Source: Vulcanimicrobiota bacterium (GTDB lineage Bacteria; Vulcanimicrobiota; Vulcanimicrobiia; Eremiobacterales; Eremiobacteraceae). From it: a stretch of DNA of 64,000 bases. The stretch lies in NCBI GenBank assembly GCA_963812135.1, contig CAWETU010000001.1, forward strand, positions 576,001 to 640,000. Direction: 5' to 3'. Both the position numbers and the translations under genes were made by a program. Positions 56,965 through 64,000 of the stretch are shown here, piece after piece (positions within the stretch are counted from its first letter, which is position 1; each line of letters opens with the position of its first letter). The notes beneath the pieces are model-generated. The model was not told the origin of the DNA. It worked only from the letters and a program-made list of their open reading frames with translations, and searched no databases.

Positions 56965-59743
56965 ATGCCATCCGATGGGGCTGAAGTCAGAGCCAAGGTT
57001 CCGGTTGCTTTGCCTACGGGTACGGTAACGTTCCTATTTTCTGACGTGGAAGGCTCCACGCAGCGCTGGGAGCGGCACCGCGAAGCGATGAAGGCCGCCG
57101 TCGCCCGTCACGAGCAGCTCATGCGGGCTGCGATCGAGCAACACGGCGGCTACATCTTCAAGAGCATGGGCGATGCGTTCTGCGTCGCCTTCCCCACCCC
57201 ACCGCAAGCCCTTCGCGCCGCGGTCGACGCTCAACGCGCCGTCGCAGGAGAGGACTTTTCAAGCGTTGATGGCCTGCGCGTGCGCATGGGCCTTCACACA
57301 GGCTATGCTGAGGAGCGCAACGCCGACTACTTCGGTCCGGCCGTCAACCGCGCCGCGAGACTCATGTCCATCGGCCATGGCGGCCAGGTGCTGCTATCAG
57401 CTGAGCACTCGCGAACTCGCCCACAGCGATCTTCCCGCCGGCGTGTCGCTCGTCGACCTCGGTTCCCATCGGCTCAAGGACCTTGCCGAAGCAGAACAGG
57501 TGTGGCAGCTGACCATTGAAGGTCTGCCGGCAAGCTTCGCGCCGCTCAAGTCGCTCGATACGATTCCGAACAACCTCCCCATTCAGCCGACAAGTTTTCG
57601 CGGGCGCGAGCACGACCTCGAGAACGTGAAGGGTCTGCTCGGTCAGCACAAGTTGTTGACGCTGTTCGGCTCCGGCGGTGTCGGCAAAACGCGGCTGGCA
57701 TTGCAGGTCGGAGCAGACGTGCTCGACCAGTATCCTGATGGGGTCTGGCTGGCGGACTTTGCCCCCATCACAGACCCGGAGCTTGTCTCGAGCATCATCG
57801 CAAAAGAATTGGGCATGACCCAGGTCGAGGGCCGCAGAGTTGACGAGTCCATTATCCAGTGGCTCAAACGCAAGAAGCTGCTGCTCATTCTCGATAATTG
57901 CGAGCACGTCTTGGAAACGGTCGCAGCGATCGCCAACTCGATCCTGCGTGCTTGCCCCGACGTGCGGATGCTCGCCACCTCGCGCCAGGCGCTTGGCGTC
58001 AGCGGCGAGCAGGTTCTGCGACTTCCCTCGCTGGACGTGCCGCACAAGATCGTCGACCTCACCCCTGAAGCGGTGATAGAATTTGGCGCCGTGGCCCTGT
58101 TCGTCGATCGTGCTCGGTCGGTCGACGCCTCCTTTGCGCTCACGAGCGACTCAGCGCCCATCGTTGCCGACATATGCCGTCGCCTCGATGGTATTCCGTT
58201 GGCCATCGAACTTGCCGCTGCGCGCGTGAAAGTGCTCAGCATCCCGAACCTCGCACAGCGGCTCAACGAACGCTTCAAGATACTCACCAGCGGCAGCCGT
58301 AGTGCGCTGCCGCGCCAGAAGACGCTCAGCGCGCTTATCGACTGGAGCTACGACCTGCTCAGCCCGCCGGAGCAGATGCTGTTCACTAGGGCGGCGATCT
58401 TCGCCGGTGGCTTCAGCCTTGACGCGGCGACGGCGGTGGTCGGCGGTGAAGGCCTCGATGAGATCGAGGTTTTGGACGTGCTCTCGTCGCTGACCGACAA
58501 ATCGTTGGTCGTGGCCGACACGTCGGGAGAGCAAGAGCGCTATCACTTGCTTGAATCTACTCGTGCCTACGCCCTTGACAAGCTTATCGCCGCAGGCGAA
58601 CGCGACCGGCTGGCACGCGCGCACGCCGAGTACTTTCGTCACAAGGCGGAGGAAGCCGACAAACGTTTGGGGATGGGCTCGACTGCGGCCTGGTTTGCGG
58701 ATGTGCAGCTGGAGTTGGACAACTATCGTGCTGCACTTGAGTGGGCGCTGACTCAGGGAAATGATGCCGTGGTGGGCGCCGCCATCGCCGGTGCTCTCCA
58801 ATACTTCTGGCGGCGAGCGGGCCTGGCCGTCGAGGGCCGCTACTGGATTGAACCTGCGCTCAAGCGCCTGAACGCCGCTGAAAACCCGCAAGTCGCGGCG
58901 AGGTTGTGGCTTGCGCTCGCGGGGCTTCATTCGGCGCGGCGTGCGTGCGAAGCCGCTGAGCAAGCGGTTACTCTTTACGAGTCTGTCGGCGACGGCCAGG
59001 GCGCGGCTCGCGCGCTTAGCAGTCTTGCCTATGGTCTTTCCCAGATGGGCCGCACTGACGAGTCGGATGAGACCAGCAAACGAGCACTTGCTGCATTGCG
59101 CGGGTACGGGGATAAGCGAGGTGAGGCGGGGTGCCTCAGGCAGCTGGCGAGTAACACGACCTATCGAGGTGCAGTTGCCGACGGGCGCGATCTCTATGCG
59201 CAGGCGCTTGCGCTCTATAAGGAGCTCGGCAACGAAAGCGGAGCTGCGGTCGTCCTTGCAAACCTGGCGGAACTGGAGTTTGCAGACGGGCACCCCGAAG
59301 AGGCCCTGCGTTCGGTGAGCGAATCGCTTGAGATGGACCCGAGCCGCGGAGCTGATATACAAAACATGGCCATGTACCGCTCGAATAGCGCGGCATATCG
59401 AATCGCTGTCGGAGACACTGACGGAGCTCTCGCGTTGGCGCGTGAAGGGCTGACCCTCGCACGCCGCGCTCAAGCGCCATACCTTGTCGCGTACGTGTTG
59501 CAACATTTGGCATTGATCATGGCGCTGCGCGGTCAGACACAAAGTGCAGCGAAGCTGTTGGGCCACGTCGATGTGCAGCTCAAGGAGCTCGGGTGGGAGC
59601 GGGAACCCACCGAGCAGTGGGGCTACGAGAAGCTCATGGCCGCGCTGCGCGAGCATTTGAACGCCGCAGAAATAGAAAAACTAGCGGCCGAAGGCGCGAC
59701 CTGGTCGGAAGATAGAGCGGTCGAAGAGACGCTGAGGCTTTAG
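56965..59743 (+). CDS. Class III nucleotide cyclase - STAND/NB-ARC ATPase - TPR protein; +1 frameshift near 57400
   Basis: FLFSDVEGST, K..GDAF, VNRAARL; then GSGGVGKT, LDNCEH, LDGIPLAIELAA in the next frame. Confidence 0.9.
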
Positions 59744-59747
59744 TCCG

Positions 59748-60320
59748 TTGAGTTTCGAGGTCATCACTGCGGTCGCGGCCGTCGGCACGTTTCTGGTCAT
59801 CGCGGCCACCGCGGTCGCCGCGTTTGTGCAGCTGCGCCATCTGAGCGGATCGAATTCGATCAGTGCGCTCACCGAAAGCCGCGAGATACTCGAAAGCGCC
59901 GAATTCGCCGCGGCGCAGCGCTTTGTCGCATACACGTTGCCAGAGCTCCTGAAGGACCCAGCGGTCCGTGAGCAGTTGAACGAGAGTCCGACCCCAGAAG
60001 AACTTCGACCGGTGATCCAGGTCGGAAATTTCTTCGAGTCGCTTGGCGGCTTCATCAGACACGGGATCGTCGACCGTGACATCGCCGTCTCTTTGTGGTC
60101 CAGCGTCGTTATCAGAAACTGGGAGTGCCTGGCACCGGCGCTTGCGATCATGCGCCGCACGTCTGGTCCATCGCTGTGGGAGCAATTCGAGTATCTCGCC
60201 CGCGTCTCCAAGGACTGGATCGACTCACACCCCCGCGGGGATTACCCGGCCGGCGTCGCGCACATGCCGGTGACCGACGTTTGGTTGGACGCGGATAGAG
60301 CCTCCGAAGCAGGCCGCTAG
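59748..60320 (+). CDS. DUF4760-like protein with N-terminal TM helix
   Basis: 'VGNFFE.LG..IR.G.VD', 'WEQFEYLA'. Confidence 0.65.
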   Translation: MSFEVITAVAAVGTFLVIAATAVAAFVQLRHLSGSNSISALTESREILESAEFAAAQRFVAYTLPELLKDPAVREQLNESPTPEELRPVIQVGNFFESLGGFIRHGIVDRDIAVSLWSSVVIRNWECLAPALAIMRRTSGPSLWEQFEYLARVSKDWIDSHPRGDYPAGVAHMPVTDVWLDADRASEAGR

Positions 60321-60324
60321 TCTC

Positions 60325-61281
60325 CTACAGGGCCGATAACAGCGCTTTGGCGTGTTCGCTGACGTCGCCGACGAGCAAGTAGTCGGCGATCTGCTGGATA
60401 GGCGCGCTCTGCTGATCCACGATCGCGACGATCGTGCTGGCGCCGCTCACTGCCGCGTTGTGTTCGGTCGAGCCGCTCACGCCGATCGCGATGTATAACT
60501 CGGGCGCGATGCTCTTGCCAGGCAACGAATTCGCGTCCACGAGTTGGGCGTTGAGCGCACGCGCGATACCGCGCGCTGCTTCTTGCACTTCTGTTGAAAG
60601 ATCTGATCTCATCGATACGAGTCGACGCGCTACACGCTCCGGTGAAGTGGGCGCGTCTCCGATCCGCTCACCGGGTGTGCTTGCATCCAATATCTGCGCG
60701 GCGAATGGCGCGCCGCCGCGCGGCACGAGCGTGACGACCGTCTTGCCGGCGCCGGCGCGGCTGGTCGTCTTGACGATGCCGCCGTATCGTAATCGCGTCG
60801 CGCGTACACCGCCGGTCTCATCGAGCGTCAGATCGCTGGCGCCGGCGAGCAGCGCACCACCGACGCCAGCGGCAACACGCGCCGCGATCGCAGGGCCGGC
60901 GCCGTCGTGCGGCAGGATCACCAAACCGTAGCCGTTCGCCTGCGACTCTTTGACGATGGCGTCGGCCACCGCGCCTGCGTCGAGCGGATCGACCCGCGCG
61001 CCGCTCGCTGTCGCGCCCACGCGGCGCGTGGCGCGCTCGACGATCGGGTTGATGCCCGAACGTTCGCCGAAGTCAACGACGAGAATGTTGCCGCCGGCGG
61101 TCTCGGTGGGCGTGGCGGAGATGATGGCGTGTGTCGGACACGCGCGCACGCACGCGTCGCAATCCACGCAGTTCTCGAAGATGACCGCCTTGTCGTTGAT
61201 GACGTCGATCGCGTTGAACGCGCACGCGCCCAAGCAGTCGCGCGAGCCGACGCACTTCTCGAGGTCGACCGTGACGGGCAT
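60325..61281 (-). CDS. etfA: Ferredoxin-fused, divergent electron transfer flavoprotein alpha subunit
   Basis: CVDCDACVRACP; YGG; GK.IAPELYIAIGVSG; API...ADY..VGD. Confidence 0.8.
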   Translation of the reverse strand: MPVTVDLEKCVGSRDCLGACAFNAIDVINDKAVIFENCVDCDACVRACPTHAIISATPTETAGGNILVVDFGERSGINPIVERATRRVGATASGARVDPLDAGAVADAIVKESQANGYGLVILPHDGAGPAIAARVAAGVGGALLAGASDLTLDETGGVRATRLRYGGIVKTTSRAGAGKTVVTLVPRGGAPFAAQILDASTPGERIGDAPTSPERVARRLVSMRSDLSTEVQEAARGIARALNAQLVDANSLPGKSIAPELYIAIGVSGSTEHNAAVSGASTIVAIVDQQSAPIQQIADYLLVGDVSEHAKALLSAL

Positions 61282-61282
61282 G

Positions 61283-62071
61283 TCAGACCAGCTGGCGGTC
61301 GCGCAGCGCGCCGACCAGCGTGATGGCGCGCGCCTCAGCGTCCGGACCGTCGACGATTTCGTTGGCTCGTTTCTTGCGGTTCGACTCGAGCGGTCCATCG
61401 GCTACGCCCGTACTAGGTATTGTAGAGATCGAATTCATGCGACCGTCCGACACGTCGGCGAGGGTGCGTTCCTCGACCGGTTTCTTCGAAGCGCGCATTA
61501 AGAGAATTGGTGAGATCGTGCGCGTCGCAATCCCGTAGGGAACAGCGGCGACGACGAGCGGCCTCGGCGCGTTCGATCGGACAAGCGATGCGCCATCGAT
61601 CTGAGTCACCCGCAGGTCAGCGCCTTCGATCTCCAATCCCACGACGTCCGCGCGTAGTCCGGCGCCGAGCGTCGAGGAGAGATATCCAGCGACAGCGCCG
61701 CTGCCATATGACGTCGTCTGTGGTCCGCACACCACGACATCTGCGCCCCCGTCCTTGGCGATCGCCGCGGCAAGCGCGCCTGCGACACCTGCTTCGTCAG
61801 CGGTCTCGAGCAACGGGTCGCTGATCGCGATGAGGCGCTGCGCGCCGAACACGGCAGCTTCGCGCAACGCCGCAGATGCGCCTGACCCTGCGGAATAGAC
61901 GTCGAATGTGGCACCTGAAGATTTCGCGAGTTGCGCCGCGAGTTCGAGCGCGTTGCGATCGGCGGGATTGAGAACTGGCTCAGCGTCTTGCAGATCGAGC
62001 AGCTGGCGAAAGCGGTCCCATTTCACCTTCTCGGGATTTGGGACCGCCGCGACGCAGACCGCGATGCGCAC
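61283..62071 (-). CDS. etfB: Electron transfer flavoprotein beta subunit, divergent
   Basis: M.IAVCV..VP, LNPAD..ALE.A, ALREA..FGA. Confidence 0.85.
   Translation of the reverse strand: MRIAVCVAAVPNPEKVKWDRFRQLLDLQDAEPVLNPADRNALELAAQLAKSSGATFDVYSAGSGASAALREAAVFGAQRLIAISDPLLETADEAGVAGALAAAIAKDGGADVVVCGPQTTSYGSGAVAGYLSSTLGAGLRADVVGLEIEGADLRVTQIDGASLVRSNAPRPLVVAAVPYGIATRTISPILLMRASKKPVEERTLADVSDGRMNSISTIPSTGVADGPLESNRKKRANEIVDGPDAEARAITLVGALRDRQLV
61421..61445 (+). repeat. Degenerate REP-like family A copy inside etfB
   Basis: TGTAG-AGATCGAAT-TC-ATGCGACCG; 4 differences from the copy at 63267. Confidence 0.65.
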
Positions 62072-62072
62072 G

Positions 62073-63248
62073 TTACTTGAGCAGCTCTCCGGCGATGACC
62101 ATGCGCTGGATCTCGTTCGTGCCTTCGTAGATCGCGAGGATGCGCGCGTCGCGATAGCCGCGTTCGATGCCGGTCTCGTTCATGAAGCCCATGCCGCCAT
62201 GGATCTGCAGCACGCGGTCGACCACCTGGATCGCCATGTCCGAGCAATAGCGCTTGACCATGGCGGCTTCCATCGAGAAGCGCTCGCCGCGATCGGCTTT
62301 CCACGCGGCGTTGTACACCATGTTGCGCGCCGCGTAGATCTCGGTGGCGATGTCGGCGAGCATGAACTGGATGGCTTGCTGCTTGGCGATCGGCTTGCCG
62401 AACTGCACGCGCTCCTTGGCATGCGCGATGGCCTTCTCGAGCGCGAACTGCGACGCGCCGACGCAGCCTGCGCCGAGCGAGAGGCGCCCCATATCGAGCG
62501 TCTTCATCGCGGTGATGAAGCCCATGCCGACCTGGCCGATGACGTGATCGGCCGGCACCTTCGCATCCGTGAACACCAATTCGCAGGTGTGGCTGCCGTG
62601 CAGGCCCATTTTCTTATCGTTCGGTCCGCGCTTGACGCCCGGCTGGTTGAGATCCACCCAGAACGCGGTGATGCCGCCGCGTGCACCCAGGCTCTTATCG
62701 GTGACGGCGAACACCGTCGCGAAGTCCGCGAGGTCGCCGTTGGTGATGAAATGCTTGACGCCGTTAAGCACGTAGGTGTCGCCTTCGCGCTTGGCGCTCG
62801 TCTGGATGTTCGCAGCGTCCGATCCGGCGGCCGGCTCGGAAAGCGCGAAGCACGCGATCTTCGCGCCCGCGCACAAGTCAGGGAAATATTTGTCCTTGAG
62901 CTCCTTGCTGCCGTCAAGGTACAGCGCCATCGCGCCGATGCTGCAATGCGCGCCGATGAGATTCGAGAAGCACGCGTTCGCGCGCCCGAGCTCTTCGAGC
63001 GCGATGCAGTAACCAAGCTCGCCTACGCCGGCGCCGCCGTACTCCTCGGCGAACGGCAGCCCGAACATGCCCATCTCTTTCATCTTGTCGATGGTGGCTT
63101 TGGGAATGTCGTCGGCGTCTTCGACTTGCTGGCTCACCGGCCACAGCTCTTTTTCGACGAACTCGCGGATCGAGCGCCGCAGCAGCTTCAGATCCTCGGG
63201 CAGTTCGAAGTTCAGGCCTTCGGGCGCGGCTTTGGTGGCGATAGCCAT
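62073..63248 (-). CDS. Acyl-CoA dehydrogenase
   Basis: FALSEP.AGSD, LNG.K.FITNG, R.QFGKPI, Q.HGG.G, IYEGTNEIQ. Confidence 0.96.
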   Translation of the reverse strand: MAIATKAAPEGLNFELPEDLKLLRRSIREFVEKELWPVSQQVEDADDIPKATIDKMKEMGMFGLPFAEEYGGAGVGELGYCIALEELGRANACFSNLIGAHCSIGAMALYLDGSKELKDKYFPDLCAGAKIACFALSEPAAGSDAANIQTSAKREGDTYVLNGVKHFITNGDLADFATVFAVTDKSLGARGGITAFWVDLNQPGVKRGPNDKKMGLHGSHTCELVFTDAKVPADHVIGQVGMGFITAMKTLDMGRLSLGAGCVGASQFALEKAIAHAKERVQFGKPIAKQQAIQFMLADIATEIYAARNMVYNAAWKADRGERFSMEAAMVKRYCSDMAIQVVDRVLQIHGGMGFMNETGIERGYRDARILAIYEGTNEIQRMVIAGELLK

Positions 63249-63266
63249 GATTTCTCTCCTTAAGAA

Positions 63267-63291
63267 TGTAGCGGTCGAATTTATTCGACCG
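63267..63291 (+). repeat. REP-like palindrome family A, intergenic, perfect stem
   Basis: TGTAG-CGGTCGAAT-TT-ATTCGACCG. Confidence 0.85.
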
Positions 63292-63292
63292 T

Positions 63293-64000
63293 TTACGAGC
63301 CGGTGAATTTGGGGCGGCGCTTGCCGAGGAATGCGTTGACGCCTTCTTGGGCATCCTTGCTGGCGAAGATCTTGCCGACGGCCTCAGCTTCGGCTTTGAA
63401 ACCGGCCGCCATACCTTCCTCGAGGCCGATGTTGGTCGCTTCTTTGATATAACGCATGGATAAGCGGCGCGCCCATCGCGAGTTTGCGCGCGAGATTGCG
63501 CGCCTGTGTCACGACTTCGTTGTCGGGCACGACTTTGTTGACCAGGCCATAGCGTTGCGCGTCGTCGGCTTTGACGAAGTCGCCGGTGAGCATCATCTCG
63601 AGCGCGCGGCCCTTGCCGACCACCCGCGGCAGGCGCTGCGTGCCGCCCCAGCCGGGGATGATGCCGAGGTTGACTTCGGGCTGGCCGAGCTTGGCGCTCT
63701 CGGCCGCGATGCGGATGTCGCACGCCAGCGCGAGCTCGTTGCCGCCGCCGGCGCAGACGCCGTTGATCGCCGCGATCACGGGTTTGGGGAAGTGCTCGAT
63801 CGTGTTGAACAATTGGTGGCCGCGCTGCACGGATGCCAGCGCGCTCGCTTCGTCCAATCCGACGAACTCGGTGATGTCGGCGCCGCCGACGAAGACGTAC
63901 TGCCCCGCACCGGTGATCACGACCGCGCGAGCGTTCGCGTCGTTCTCGAGCGCATTGAACGCCGCGAGCAGCTCTTCGATCGTCGCTTTGGAAAGCGCGT
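63293..64000 (-). CDS. Enoyl-CoA hydratase/crotonase (5' truncated by window); +1 frameshift near 63461
   Basis: GGADI, GGGNELALACD, GQPEV.LG..PGWGGTQRL; C-terminus 'DAQEGV.AFL.KR.P.F.G' in the shifted frame. Confidence 0.93.

Overview
High-GC (by eye about 65%) bacterial chromosome segment made up mostly of housekeeping genes. The gene order is Terrabacteria/Firmicutes-like: trmD-rplS-lepB..lepB-rbgA-rnhB-yraN..comM; rplU-prp; speD-speE-gcvT-gcvH-gcvPA-gcvPB; scpA-scpB-nfo; gyrA-trxA-selA-selB-msrA; tsaE-tsaB-rimI-yqeK-rsfS. Many exported proteins are also present. This mix suggests Ca. Eremiobacterota, but that is inference only. Other content: a sugar ABC transporter, tRNA-Sec, an arsR-arsI/cadI-arsC-aquaporin operon, a cyclase-STAND-TPR gene, and an ECH-ACAD-etfB-etfA cluster. 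The most notable unannotated structure is a set of GTAG-capped palindromes resembling REP elements (main consensus TGTAG-CGGTCGRAT-NN-ATYCGACCG). They occur between genes and also in frame inside genes: a tandem pair in the SelB linker, one in etfB, one supplying the tatA stop codon, and a second family in the DUF3048 linker. Other oddities are a secreted Asn-rich prion-like protein, a DnaA-box-like cluster, an EtfA lacking its FAD motifs, prp without rpmA, two divergent genes sharing one CATG, a decayed NHL-repeat gene, and three single-base frameshifts that are probably assembly errors. No CRISPR array, rRNA or transposase was seen.
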